Of a stretch of DNA of 64,000 nt, positions 13,009 to 27,593 are shown one piece after another. The position numbers and the translations under genes were made by a program. Every line of letters starts with the position of its first letter. The first letter of the stretch is position 1. The notes below the pieces were generated by a model, which was not told the DNA's origin, ran no database searches, and worked only from the letters and a program-made list of their open reading frames with translations. This DNA is from Lingula anatina. Lineage: Eukaryota; Animalia; Brachiopoda. The DNA is taken from assembly GCA_051362555.1 (NCBI GenBank), contig CM120644.1:12422567-12486566 (forward strand), written 5' to 3'.

Positions 13009-16000
13009 CTTTAATTCCTTTAAGTGCGTTTTGCACGTACAATAAAATGATGGATATATATGCCAATATATATGTGTGGCATTGCCGATGCTCAACTAAT
13101 ACCAAAGAACACACGGAGATGGGGTTACAAGGACAGGGTCCACTGTCTGCAACTGTTAAACACATAACCTACCTTTTCACAGTAATACGCCCGTAGAACA
13201 GCTACCCAGCTGCTATGTCACTGTAGCTCAGTGGTGACCTTCCGCAGTTACTCGTTTAAACGACGGCGCAGAATACCACTCACAATCCGCTAACAGAACT
13301 GTCATGCAACTAACGGCAATACATAAACAGCACTGGAGGTGAACTGACTTCAGTGTACTTGTAGCACCGATTAGTCTGTCTCCCGATAAGACGTGTTCAA
13401 TAACAGAGCTGAACAGAAAAAAGTACTCCTCCACAGCGCACTGCAGATGAAGTGGCAACGAGTATGCTTACTCCAAAATGTGAAAATGCAAATGATATTT
13501 GTTCGTTAAGTAAAGCAACCACCTTCTTTGTCGGTACGGTGTCAGTCTCTTAGTTCAAATAGATGCATGTGCGTTTGGCGACAATGGATATAAAATAGGA
13601 CCGATATGACACCAGGCCGGTGACATCCATTAAAACGATCCGGAGAGAGCTCCTGAGGTTCGGAATTCCACCCAAGTCAAACACAAGTCCGATAATATTC
13701 CAACAGTGCATTAACTGGGTGGATTCAACGACAGCGAAAATATACGTGGCGCTTTCCGTTTAATGTAAATTACAGTTGCACTGTACAGTTTCTTATACCT
13801 ACAGGGTTGCTTCCAAATTTAGCTTAGAAGTCAAAATAGCGCTGTGTCAGATCCCAGTTAAGGTCGACACACCGAGGCGCTCTAAGACACTCGATCGCTT
13901 ATCCTTGAGGATTTCTTCAACTTAAAAGCTATTTTGGTTAGTTTGCCAAGGCAATGGGAATAATAGCCCCACGTGCGTTTTAGTTGTGGCTTATCCTTAA
14001 ATATCACGACCTGCAGGACTTAGTGGTTAGGTTCCATCATTTAAGAAAAGCATAACTTTCCTATTTGTATCGACCAGGTGCTTGATGACGTAATATGCTC
14101 CGTGACTGACGTATCGCTGTGGGGCAATTAAAGAAACACAAACGCAACTTACTGACGGAATTATTTTCCGTGACGCTGTCTGTTCTGTTTTCTGCTACCT
14201 TTTGTGAGTCCAGGGTATTTTTCCTTAAAATCAGTACCGACGACTCGTTGCTTAAGTTAGTCTGCCAGTATCATCTCTCTCTCTCTCTCTCTCTCCCTCT
14301 CTCTGTCAAGTTAGAATAGAAAAAGATATATTACTTTAAGTGTGCTTCTCTTGTTGTCCCTCCATGAAGTCTAATAGGAAGAAAGTCCCGTTTCACTGAC
14401 ATTTTAAGCTACTCGACTGTTGCTTGATTCGTTTAGAAAAATGTCATGGTGCTAATTTGCGCCAAACCTAATCAAGTGATGGCGGTCGTTTGTTTTGATG
14501 TCAAAAGTAATGACGTAATCCGTCTGTCTTTTCAAATGCTGTTAAGGAAAAGTCTTAAATTTTGTATAATCCCACTGAATCATGTTTCAAATGCACATGG
14601 TCGTATGATTGTTTTGAAGATATTAGATCAATATCCCTTTTTTTTTGCATTTTTTAAAAAAGTAATCGTCCTGCAAATTATTCAATTAGTTAATGGATCA
14701 GTTATCGTTGGTATCTTAATGCCTTTGTATGTGTATGAATATTCACCACACAATAAAATAAATGATTACCATGAAACGTTAACCATGTAAATAAATCAAA
14801 AGCCAAGCCCATTCACACTGATTTCAAAACATTGTTTATATCTGTCGCCCATGTCAATATTCAAATAGGATGGGGAATTAATAGGAAAGAAGGGGGTCAG
14901 CAAACGCGTGTTTTTCTTCGATCCACTCCCCAATACCACCTACCTTTTAACCACACCTATATTATGTTGTATCCGAACCTGAATCCAGACATTTAATCTA
15001 CAGACGAATCAAAACTGCGTGGAACAGCTAGGATACAGACCTGCGCCACCTTTTTAACCCAACCTTAACCACATGCACATAGAGATACAGAATCGAACAT
15101 CATTTAGTGCCCTTGATTCAATACATTGAGCTCAATTTTAAAACCGTTCTTTTACAAACATCAATCAACAAATTATTATTTCATGAGATATGTCGCTTAA
15201 AGAAATTAAAAAATATGTGGTCTCGTCCAGGTTTTGGTGTATGAAGTTATCATTTATTTATACCGTAACACAAGCACGTGTACGCTGATGCAAACGGAGC
15301 AGGTAGGGGGAAGTACGGGGGATACTTTTCATGTCCGCAGTTGACTTAAAGACCTATTAGAGATGCGTGGGGTGATACATAGTGAAAGCGAAAGAAAGAA
15401 GGCGATATTAATCAAGTGTATCGGAAATTCCCAGACTGATTTCGTAAAAAAAAAAATAAATAAAAAAATAAGTCATGCTTTGGAAAAAGACATTCGTTTA
15501 CAGGTAACACGAAATAATTGATTCCCTAAGGAAGAACCAATCAGGTGTTTTTGGCATATTATCTTTAAAGGATAATAAATCTTCGTTTTGGTCAAAAAAT
15601 GAATCTTCCTGGAGTAAACAACAATTTTCCCATACTTACCAATGGTTAATGAATCCATTTTTACATTCAAAGTTAGTCCCTGTTTTTTTTCTAAAAAGTT
15701 TGTTTTTTGTTAAAATCTCTTAAGAGATTATAACTGAGTACAGCCATCAATGGAGGTCACGTGATCTGAAGACAAGCTCAGACATCAGAATAATAGCTTT
15801 AACTGGCGTTTTTGTGGTAAAACAGAATATATTATATTTCTATGAATTGTTCACGATGTTTTTATTGTGAAATATAGATATCATACGAAGAGTTATTATC
15901 CCTTTAAACGTTCATTTCAGAACTAATTATGACTGCATACACGATTATGTATGTTGATGCCCAGCAAGTGCGCCTAGCCATAGGGATTTTCTTTTGTGAC

Positions 16001-16386
16001 GATGGTATTGACTAGTTGCTACGCTTGGTAGAAACCGCAGAACCTTTACGTCCTTTCCTTTTATTTATCCACTATGCTCTAGTTACCTCCTCTCTCTCTC
16101 TACCACATACGATCTCTTGAGGCGTTGCACTGTTTACCTTACAGGTTGCTGTTTAAGTATCGCACATTATTAGATCATGGCAATCAATTCTACAGAGCAC
16201 TCCCAGCCCTTTACTCACTTCATGACTGTCAGTTACCCACATAACGCTGTGGATATATCGGCAGTGTCAACAGGCTCTCTTTTGGCCTTTGGGTTTCATT
16301 TCTGTCGCACATTGGCCAATCTAGAGACCAATTATGGCCACAGTTCTGTCATCTGCCGCCTGAAACACGCGACTCAGGTCACATGT

Positions 16387-16547
16387 CAGGCCCAGCAATT
16401 TCAAAAGGGGGGTTCTTTTTTCTGAAAAAGTGGACCTTTTCCCATAAATACTTCATATACCTAGATCAAATTTTACCCAGAGTGGACCTTTTCCCAGCAA
16501 ATGGGGCGGTTCTTCGAACCCCCCGAGCCCCCCTGGCTACGGGCCTG
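16387..16547. mobile_element. CAGGCCC...GGGCCTG MITE
   Basis: Short TIRs; identical 5-bp flanks CATGT on both sides. Confidence 0.55.
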
Positions 16548-19500
16548 CATGTAATATGGAAACCACCAAAGCCGAGCACAACACCAAATTATATAGCGGT
16601 CCATTGGCACCAATGTGATGCACTTCTCTTATTTCTCAAAGGATGAGTTACTCTTATTTCTCAAAGGATGAGTTAGTTTGCTTCCCCGATTATGTACATG
16701 TTGTAGTGATGGAGCAAGGGATGGTATATTAAAGAGCGCGTACATTTTTCTGCCAGTTTTGAAATGATGGCTATTTTCATTTAGGATTAAAAAATAAAAA
16801 GAAAAAAAAAACGGACAGCAAAAACATGTAAGCAGTCTCCAAAAGAAAGCATGCTATGTGTCATCATAAACAACACATATATATCTGAATTGGCATAGGA
16901 CAAGGACGTAGCATTCATTTGCGTCCACGGAATGCCCCATATGGTAAATGCATATGACGTACAAATGTATATCGACAAAATTAATGTCTTAATAACGCAC
17001 GCATTTGTGTCTTTCGGCAGCACATTTTTCTATTAATAGAGCATGCGCTAAGATATTATGACTCGACAAAATACCCACAAAGTCACGTTCTGCGTGTCGT
17101 CAGCAATTCATGATCAAGCATTATATTTTGACAAAAATAACGAAATTCCTGACTGCGGCACGACTGTATCCATTAATAATGATTCACATTTTGCTAATAA
17201 CAGAGATCCATTGACAACAAGCAATGTTACCAAACCCCCAAGACCCGAGGCATATCTTGAGTAATTTCATGCCGGTGACACAGCTATGAACTCGGAGCTG
17301 GGTTTGACGTTAGGATGTTACGCATTACAGTCACACTAATGCTGTTTGAATTGCCACTCTATCATTTTTCCATGGCGCTTCATTACCACGTAACGGCTAT
17401 GTGAATGTGTACGAATGTGAATTCATTTTATGGAATGATTTAATTGAACATTAGGCCATCAATTTAGATTCTCTCCGCAATTGTAATCTGTTACGATATC
17501 AATAAACAGATTAATAAAAAATAACAGTGATAGTTCATCAAAATGGCCATACCTACATTTCAAAATTTTATCAATCATCTAAGTGTATGGTATAATAGAA
17601 ATGGCGCCATTTTCGATCCTTAATCGGGGAGGATGCAAGGCATTTCAAATTGTCCAGGCCACAGTTAAAAAAAAACTTAACAGTTCCCTGACTTAGTTGA
17701 CTAAGATTTCCATGAGAGTGCTGTAACACTGTTCCTGATAGGGTAAGATGTGCGCATGTGACCAAGTAACCTTGGTAATTAAGTTTTTAGCCTGGGAACC
17801 TAGGTCACCGTGATCTGTAACTGAACCATGTGCACCATCATCCATCAACGCAAAGGTCAATAGCTGACAAAACAGTTAATTGATATACCATGTCTCCATT
17901 GGCCCATCTAATTCAGTGATTGGACGTTTTTACGGCATTCACAAAAGCCACAATTCAAGCTTAGAAGCAGGGTGCTGCGATTATATAGTCAGTGGATTAC
18001 AGCAACTATTTTCGGGCCCATCGGTAGATCATGAATACAAGAATACGCTGTACGTCTCCCATATGTTCAGACCACCCCTCTAAATATAAGGTTCACCAAT
18101 AACGTACGCTTCATTACAAACATGTTTTTGGAAAACACGTATGTATAAACTACAATGTGCATTTTTATCGGAAAGTAGATGAAATGTCACTTTTCATCGC
18201 ACTGTTCCGGAAAAATAGCAACTTTTTATCCCAGAACAAAAGTTGTTCAGATCAAAACTGGCAGGGTTTAAAGTGCATTGGAACTCTGCACGTCGAAGTG
18301 AAATGTGACTGTCAAGTGTGACATATCCAAGAGTTTAAAATTGAAAACAAAAATACAAAAACTCCAATATAAATGCTTCATCATCAAAGCGAATTGTAGA
18401 CGGAGGTAAAAACTTTATTTATGAGACTTAAGCAATTAAACGTGCACGAAGCCACGTGCGTGCTTGTAATAGCTAGGTTTCCAGATTTAATTTACCTTCA
18501 ATCACCCTTATTAAGATAGAAGAATCACTAAAATAGTCATCAAAGTGGCTGAAACGATTTAACTAATCCTCGGGTGAAATCGTCGAATTAATGAAATCAG
18601 TAACTGAACGTTTTATATCTAAACCGTCGTTTGTCATTATTATCCGAATTTCACGAACTCGATCGTCATTGATTTACAGTAGAGGAAAAAGTGCTGCAGG
18701 TTGGAGATTTTATCTAAAATTAAAGGTCTTTGCTTTTTATTCCTGTTGCATACATTTAATGTATCTTCAAAACATCTTATTAAACACAGCTCGGAGTTCA
18801 TCGTGTGGCGAAATATTGGAATTTTTGGGGCAAAAACATCATTTTCGGTTTCCAGGTTTTCTCAGACACCTGGACAGCTATAAACATGCTTTTAATGGTA
18901 TTATAACACTTGAACAAAGTACTACAAAAAGGGCTCGCGGATTTTTCTTTAAATACTTACTGTTGATTTAATCTATAAAAACGTGAGTTTTAGCCCTATT
19001 TGGGTACAGCCCCCCTCCCTCCCCCCCCTCTTAAAAGCAAAATGTTATAATGTTATGTCTAGTCTTTTTGGCAGACAAGGTCAAAATCGCTTAACACTGA
19101 GAAATAACCTAACGACATCCAATGGTACAGGATGAACATTTATCTTAATCCAGACATACGAACAGAATGATCACATAGTTGGAAAGGTTTTGGAAACCTA
19201 TGCCAATATACCAATCCTTTGGGACATCGCAAAAAATGACACAGGGCAATTTGGCTAAGGTTGGTTTGTTTCTTCATTTCCCCAATTCTCCAGCGGTTAC
19301 TTGTTTTTCTTGCGCAATAAGACTTATGCTGATTCCAAGCATTTAGTCAATCTTGATGGTCTTGCAGTTCTGTCTTGAAAATTAAATCACTATAATCTTC
19401 CCATGTGAAAGACAATAACATACATCTAATCGAACGTCAATGATTGTGCACATCTTACCGAACCTGTCAAGATTTATTAGAAAAAATATAGGCACCATAT

Positions 19501-19799
19501 TATAAATGCCACCTATTCCATTTTCATTACAATGGAAATCTGATTTATTACCAACTTTGTTTGAGGGACGTTAGTGCAATTGATCTAAATGGTATTTAGC
19601 TGACGGTTATGCTTTGAATTTATATTAGAGGTTGAACTGGTAGACCAAAGGATAAGAACATGTGCAATGATGCCTATGAATTTATAGCCTAGGTAAATAA
19701 GATTAAACACCTTTTCTTATAAAGTTTCCTTGACTTTGGAGTTCAAGAAATCCAAGAGAGTGCAACATAATGACCAGTTGTACGGTTTATTCCCTGACT

Positions 19800-19951
19800 C
19801 CGGTTGTGACGAAACTGAGGGTCCGTGTAACAGAAAGTCTCCCCACCATTTAGATATAATGGTTAGGGTTAGCCTTATGGGCGGGGCTTACCTGTTCAAA
19901 TGGATGGGAAGCGGACTCTTTACCATGGGACTCTCTGTCACGTTACACCGG
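19800..19951. mobile_element. Short interspersed non-autonomous element (CCGGT..TGACG / CGTTACACCGG ends, GGTTAGGGTTAG core)
   Basis: A second copy sits at 52151-52337 inside intron 2 of copy 6. Confidence 0.6.
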
Positions 19952-21240
19952 CATACACATCGTGATGTGAAGTCTCCAACCACTGAAGTCCCTCTCTGCC
20001 TGTGTTGCCCTTAGGGCAGCCTACAAGTATATGTGCCATCAGTGGCCTGCAGTGCCACCATACAGCAGAGATACGCTGAAAGGAAGTTTACAGTCATTTA
20101 GAACTGCACTTCTACCAAAATATATAAAAAGACAAATGAATATATTAATAAAAATACTTTAAAGATTTAGGAATGTCATGTTAATAGAAATATGTAAACC
20201 AAAGTCTGGTTGCTTACAAATAGTCTCAGAATCTGTTCTATCCATGCTTACCAATTCAGAATGCATAATTGTCTCTAGCTTCCCCTTTCACGTCCCCTTA
20301 ATAGTTATAATTGATACCCACCACTGTAGCGGAGATGTTTTGAAATCTTGTAGTTCAAAAAAACACCATTCGACCATATTTTACAAAAAGTATTGATGCT
20401 CAAATATACAAGTGCTAGTACATGTAGATTAACATTGTTTACCAAGGGCATTTTTTTTCACAATACGCACTGCGTGGGACGTAAATTAATGACCACTCCC
20501 TTTTTTGATTAACTCTGGCATCGTCAACCTGTAGCTATAGCAGAATTTGTTTTCAACAGCATGCCGTTCTTTACCGGAAGCGGTGACGATGTTCTTATAT
20601 TGATGAGGACACGCACTGTCAACGCTCCGCTTCTTAGTAAACAGGAAGTTCCAATACAACTTCGGTTATCGCTCTCGAATGGCTTTTTTTCTGAAATTTA
20701 TTTACACGGTTCAGAGAGGTTCTTGAAACACAATACTTATTGAGGATTAATTACAAACCGTGTTGTTTTTTATAATGGCTTCAATGTGCCCCGCTGATTA
20801 ATGCAGATGTATTCAGGACGACAACCTGCGTGAGCGAATTTTCTTAGAAATTACCAGGCGGTCAGATCACTCCGGGTGATCTGTTTTGTATTTTCTACCC
20901 TTTAAAGGACCGTGTGTTGTTTTTATTAATCTGCGTAGGTTTCACGTGTAAGCAGTAGATGCACATTTTATATGTCTAACATGGAGCACGCTGTCACGCT
21001 ACCTTGCTGCAAGAAGGACTAATAGGCTTTATGCAGCTAGATGACTAGATGTTGATTTTTGTACTGAAAAGCTTGCTCTCCAGCATCCTTTTGTTTACTG
21101 GAGAGCAAAAATATTATATATATAAAAATAATTATCACAAAGTAAAGCCAGCTTTCAGGTTTTAGTAGTCTATATGCTTAGTCTAAGATTTTTATGCGTT
21201 CTGTGAACAGTGTACATGTGTGCCAGATATAATTAATATA

Positions 21241-22895
21241 CAGCATTGGTCAAAAAGGTTGTCCCACCCCATTTCCATGTACTTTTATTTACAAATGATC
21301 ACCTCATTGCTATGAACTGTTAGAAATAGTGCTTTTTATTACGGATACCGTGTCTAACATGATTAATGCTTTAAAAAAATACAAAATAGTGGTGAAAATA
21401 TACACATTTTATACCATTTAGTAAAATGTATAAGATGTACCCCCTCAAATCGACTGTTTCACTGTGACTTCTACAGATGTAAAGAAATGTCTATGAAATT
21501 GAAAAGACGTCATCAAATGTCACCAAATTCACACACAATTAGCATAAGTGTGTGCTCGTTAAAGATCACTCGCCTATCAGCGTGTGCGACTACCACGTAC
21601 TGCAATTATCTCCCGTAGACGTTGCGACAAGCCTTCAACATGGGTAACAATTCTGTTTTGTGGGATATTGTCCCATTCATCCTAAAGCGCGTGGCGGAAT
21701 TGATCAAGATTATTTAGGAATTGGTTTTCCTCTGCAATGCACATTCCAATTTATGCCACAGGTGCTCAGTAGGATTAATATCAGGATTCAAAGACGGTTG
21801 TCCCATCCTCAGAGCCCTGTGTTTCTGCAACAAATCGTTTGCCAGACGGGAGCTGTGAGCAAGTGCATTTTCACAATGAGGTCAGTAGCATCCCTGAAGT
21901 CACCTCTTGCAAATGGAGTGAGATTTCTGTTGAGAATGTTACATTAAAATGCCCCTGTTACATTTTGTTCCAAAAGGAACAATGTACTAATACCATGGGC
22001 TTGGAATGTTCTCCAAATGCGGATTGATCTAACACCTCAGGCGATATAACCCTACACACACCCTTCCAAGAGGCATTTTTAACATGTCTATGGACCCTCT
22101 TTGTTCATGGATGGGATACAAGAAATAATTTGATTCTGCATCAAAATCGACTTCCTTCTAGTGATGGATGGTCAGGTTCAGGTGCCTGTGGGATCACTGA
22201 ACGTAGCATTCTCAGCTGATATCTCATTCCATCTTCAAGAACTGACTTTGGGGTTAACTCCAAGCTTTATCATGACCGCACACTTGCTCACACCTCTTGC
22301 CTGGCAAGTGTTTGTTGAAGAAACACAACGGTCTAAGGATGGAACCACCATCTTTGAGCCCTGATATTAAACTTACTAATCAACTGTGACATGAATTAGA
22401 GTGTGCAATGCAAAGGAGAACCAACCCCATAAAAACGTGGACCAACTCCCCCAACTTGTTTAAGAAGAATGGGACAATATCCCACAAAACAGAATTGTTA
22501 CCCGTGTTGCAGGCGTGTCGCGCCGTCTACAGGAGATAATTGCAGTACGCGGTAGACGCACACGCTGTTAGGCACGTGATCTTTGACGAGCACGCCCTAA
22601 TGCTAATTGTGTGTGAATTTGGTGACATTTGATGGCGTCTTTTCAATTTTATAGACATTTCTTTACATTTGTAGAAGTCACAGTGAAACAGTCGATTTGA
22701 GGGGTACATCTTATAAATTTTACTAAATGGTATAAAATATGTATATTTTCACCACTATTTTTTATTTTTAAAAAATGTTAGACACGGTATCCGTAATAAA
22801 AAGCACTATTTCTAACAATTTACAGCTGTAAGGTGATCATTTGTAAATAAAAGTACATGGGAATGGGGGTGGGACAACCTTTTTGACCAATACTG
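21241..22895. mobile_element. Tc1/mariner-derived fold-back element with TA target-site duplication
   Basis: TA|CAGCATTGGTCAAAAAGGTTGTCCCACCCC ... GGGGTGGGACAACCTTTTTGACCAATACTG|TA. Inverted arms extend ~700 bp. The minus strand of the left arm translates ..QPSLNPDINPTEHLW.., matching the Tc1 WPxxSPDLNPIEHLW motif. Confidence 0.85.
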
Positions 22896-23018
22896 TACAT
22901 GTATAATCCAGGTCCATTTGGGCTTGCTTAACCTCTGGGGGTGGTGCATTCAAGTGGATCCATTTATATACTTTAAATTAATATACATCGCGTTTTATAT
23001 TGCGCCTTCTATTCAGCC

Positions 23019-23225
23019 CAGGGGCGGATCCAGGATTATTTGAAAAGGGAGGGGGGGCGGAACGACAGACCTCGGACGCGAAGCCGACCATCGCCTCCTT
23101 GATGTGGGGTTTGGGGCCTAGCTTAAGGGCCCAGAATTTTTTTGGTTTTCTTGAGAGCAAACAGTTACCTTTCGTACGGTTTAAAACTTTTCAGGAACTC
23201 AACTCCCCCTCTAAATCCGCCACTG
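23019..23225. mobile_element. CAGGGGCGGAT...ATCCGCCACTG MITE, copy 2
   Basis: Same termini as 1969-2219; flanks cagcc/cagct. Confidence 0.65.
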
Positions 23226-25334
23226 CAGCTAGGCGCCTTATGGATACTGCCCATATAGAACCAGATTTGTGCTAGTACCAGTAAAAAAAAAAAAAAAATT
23301 CGCCCCTCTCGCCACGTGAGGTGAAAATATTATCCAGACTTAAGCCGACTAGTCAGTCTCTCGAGACCAGTACCTTAGCCTAATTGTAGCAGACGATTAG
23401 CAACGGACACTGCTAGAAAGTCACATTTATCCCACGCTTTACTTGTAAATCAAATTGCGAAGACATATTCTTCTGTAAATATCGAATATCCCTCTCATCG
23501 GGAAAATGATTACGTAAAGTAAGAGGAATGATGTTTCCTTCACCAGTTGATTTATAGATACGGTCGTCGCTTCCAAATCGCTCCAGACGTTTAAAGCGTG
23601 ACACCGACTGTAAGACTGTTAGTCTTTATCTATTTGTTTCGTTATTTTTTAATATTTGAAAATAAAAAAGTATATATAGGATCCGGATCTCTAGATACGA
23701 GCTTAACGCAACCGACCTCATCTGATTAAATGGCGGTTCGCCTTAGGGAAATCTAGATGTTATTTGGTAATGAAGACATATCTTGTGACAGGTACGAGTT
23801 TTGTCAGCTGTATGGGGGTATGAAGCGTAAATATATCAATTATTGAACGAAGACGGTGTATATTAGCATCGACTTATAATTTTTGAGTGTAAGAAATGTT
23901 TCTGAACATAAAAGACTTTGCACAATACAGTTACAATACATTTACAGTACGCGTATGTAGGCCTACTATATAGCCTATAGCTCCAACATAGAGTGGTCTA
24001 CTATCGGTTGGTGCACGTTGACCAGAACTATATAATTATGTTTTTTCTAGGAAGGATGTTCACCAAAGTTCGCAGTTATTGAAGTATAAAACGTAAACAT
24101 CTTTAGCTAAACTGTTACCGCCCGGTCGCAATCAACACACACGCATTTGCATAAGCACATTTACATAAACACGTTTTTAGAACAAAAACAGCTTGAAAAG
24201 ATGCGGTGAAAGTAGTCCCGCAAATCTTATACTCACTATTCAAAACTGATTTGCTTTTTTCAGATTTGAGAAAACATGTTTTGTTATTGATTTTATGATA
24301 CAATGTAGGATTTTGGGAACTCAAGTATTTTAAATGTCACCGCCAAGAATTTGAGGGAACGTGGCAAGAATTGCCCACCACGTGCCTTTTTGGATTTTAG
24401 TATTAGACTCTGTCTGGGAGGATGAAATATTTAAGTGATAACAATATATTTTGGCTAAGACTATTTTTACATTTATACCGGACGAAATTGACAGTTCCCT
24501 CGCCCCGTATAATGAGTATGGAGCCTCATCAAAACATGGCCAGAATACATGTGTCAACAGAGTATCGTCAGAATCACAATGTCTGAAATACAAGCTACTC
24601 TTCCTGGAAGTTGAAGGAAAGCGGCGTATTGGTATAAACGTTTTTTTTTTTTTTTTTTTTTTTTTATGGTCAGTGGACCGAAATCACCGTCTTTGACACA
24701 GTGTGTTAATTTGTTTGGGGATAAGCTCATTACATCCACCTGAAATAAGCCGTTGGGTTTTTTTTCTTTCTTTCTTTTTTTCTTTCTTTTTTTTTTGACA
24801 AAATATTTCGAAAAAAATCTATATTCTACAGACGGGAATAATGGTGCGTTATTCTAAACCGTTAACACCAATTGCTACATCCGCTATGTAATTAACGTTA
24901 AATGCTAATTTTGTTAAATTTTCCTTTGCGACAGGAAATGGGGATATCCATTTATTTTCGAACACCCGACAAATGTCAAATCTTGAAAAAAAGCCCTTCT
25001 GAGGATGATCTTGGAGATTTTACGCAGCTCGGTGTCTTCGTAATTGACTATCGCAGAAATGAACCAAGTATAACTTAATTTCATTGCAGTTTTCCACGAG
25101 GAGCGCTAATAGTATTGGTTTTGAATGAGTGATGAGTGGGAATATGGGTATGCACGTAGGCCACTTTATCATTTAAAGACGTAAGGAAATAGTTATTACC
25201 TCGAATCGTAAAATGATTACAGCAGGATTTCTTCCTAAGCTTTGTGGGATTGGAAGCGTATCTATCAAAAAATACTTCCCTTAAACTTTTCAATTTTTAT
25301 ACTTACTTGCGCTGTACATATACATGTATACCTT

Positions 25335-26430
25335 AACCCCCCTTAACACTGGAAGGTGTCCTTTTTTCGTCTCCCCTACATAAAAAAGTGGCCAGGACGC
25401 TCAGTGGTTGCCAAGGAAATAGATTCGTGTCTCTGTAAATGCGTCTGCATCCCTTGTACAGTATACGTCCTTTGAACAATCGAGTCTGAACTTTACCTGT
25501 TAATCTACATGCAACCTGTGCGTCCACTGAGCGACCTGTCTGTCTTCTCTCTCGTCCCTTGTGCATTATGGCGTCCACTGCAATATTTGAACGACCACTG
25601 AGTATCCTCGTTGCGTTCTTCGTACCTTCATCGGCGATCAGTAGCGACCATTCTACGACATATATCCTTCCTGCTAGACCGATGAGCGTCGATATATTCT
25701 GACTCTTTTATATATTTTTCCATCAGTTTTAACCCGGCCATCCAATCAAGAACATCTCCAGAAAAAAAAAATAATGAATAAACTTTTTGAACTACAGTAA
25801 TGCAAGTTCTGCATGGACTAATAATAAACCATATGATCATTGTTGACCTTCTAAGAAAGGTGGACAGGCGCCGAAGAAAGGCTGACTGACACAACATAGA
25901 ATATCTGAATTCATTTTCAACAGACAAATTCTGCAAAACCTGCGACAAGAATTGCATCTTGTAAAGAAGCAAATATTCGTTCTTTAATTATTGATTCAGG
26001 AGTTTGAAAAAAAAAAAAACAATTGGAGGCCGGTATGATGCCACTAGTACCTGTTACTCTCAGATATCCGGTCTCTGGTGAAAAATGCCAAAGCACGGTC
26101 CCATTTGAGATTAAAAAATAGTATTTTACGTGCCAACCAATGGTCAATCTTTGAACGTTCATTTTGCAACCAAAGCGATGCTTGTGCGTCCTCTCTGCCC
26201 CCTTTGAGCGACCTTCACCAATCTTCACCAATCTTCACCGCATTCTTTGTGCTACTGTTTTGAACATGCTCAAACTTTGCAGCGACCATGGCGTCCTCAG
26301 CAATGCTTGAACGTTCTGTGTGCGATGTTAGCAGTCACCGTGCGTTCTTTGAGCGTCCATCGGCGACCTTGCCAGTTTCATGGTCGCATTAAGTACGCAG
26401 AAAGGACGCCGTCCAGTGTAAAGGGGGGTT
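25335..26430. mobile_element. Non-autonomous TIR element (Harbinger-like ends)
   Basis: AACCCCCCTTAACACTGGAAGGTGTCCTTT ... AAAGGACGCCGTCCAGTGTAAAGGGGGGTT inverted termini; no transposase ORF. Confidence 0.65.
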
Positions 26431-27593
26431 GATAAAGCTTTCTATCACTAAGTACTGTGACCTGCCCTAGTGTATATGTTTCTCTAAGACTGAGCACTAT
26501 TCACTAGTGTATCAGTAATTGTGATTAGCAATTTGTTATAACATATAACAACGTATAACAAAAAAGACTACACAGATGAATCTCCATCAAAATATTGAGC
26601 TCTTGTTCAGTTGCTTGATCGGTTACAATCCTTAATGTCCAAAGAACGCAATTAATGCAATTGTGGGCACATGTATATTGTGTTTTTTTTCGAATGCACT
26701 TTTTTCTCCTCGTTGTAAATCATCCCGTTCTCAACTAACACAGTTTGAAAACATGTCACACTCCGTGTACCATTCTGCTGATTTTTTTTAATTCAAAAAA
26801 TCTGCTGATAGCTATTTCTTTATATCATGATTTTTTCAGGGATAAAGATAAGTACAAAGCAGAAAGATTTCCATACATTCTACAACACAAAAGTGTATTT
26901 CCTATGCATTCCAGCTTTATATAATGTACAACGTTCAATGTAAAAGAACTCTGATCTATGCCCCGTATTTGCAAAACGAGTTGACATCAGACACCTCCAT
27001 AGAAGTCGGTTTACACTGCATGATTTTTAAAGAAAGAAAGCATTCGTAGTTAAGGGATAATTTCTTTAAAAAGCTTCTAGGGGTTACTGGCTAAGGTTTG
27101 GCAATATGAGAACACCAAAAGGTTATTTTAAATGGAGACCTGGTGATATAATGCAAAGGGAACCGAAAAAGAAAAAAAAACAACATCTATCTCGTGATAA
27201 ACAAAGCGTAAAAAAATCCAGAAAAAAAGACACATGTACACCATAACAACTTTGCTATGTTTAATCATCTATGTTATCTTTGATTAATTAAACATGGCAA
27301 AACGGGTTGATATGAATGTTCTTGCAGTTTTCTTCTAACCTAGGACGAAATATTTGAAAATTGTGTCTTAGTTCTAACACAATGAACAACCTTTCAAAAT
27401 ATTTATACAAGTGGTGAACAAAAAATAACACTCAACCGACTACAAAGCACGGCGTTTACTGTTCTTGTCACGTTCCATTCCTGGTATGTAAAATTTTAGC
27501 ACACGTTGTTACGCAAGAGTCAGAGATATTGAATTGAAGACCACACTGTTACAGCACTTCATTTCGAAATAGTCAAAGTTGTCTTCTGCAACA

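Noticed and set aside
3580-13520. Seed-like matches to conserved miRNAs (TAGCACC ~3613, TAATACT ~11610, TTTGTTCG ~13498)
   Set aside because: Only seed-length matches; the remainder does not match the mature sequences I recall and no clear precursor hairpin was seen.
1-26400. Many 60-140 aa ORFs in the left part of the window
   Set aside because: Low-complexity or random composition, often non-ATG starts, overlap with repeats, no recognisable domains or consistent exon chain.
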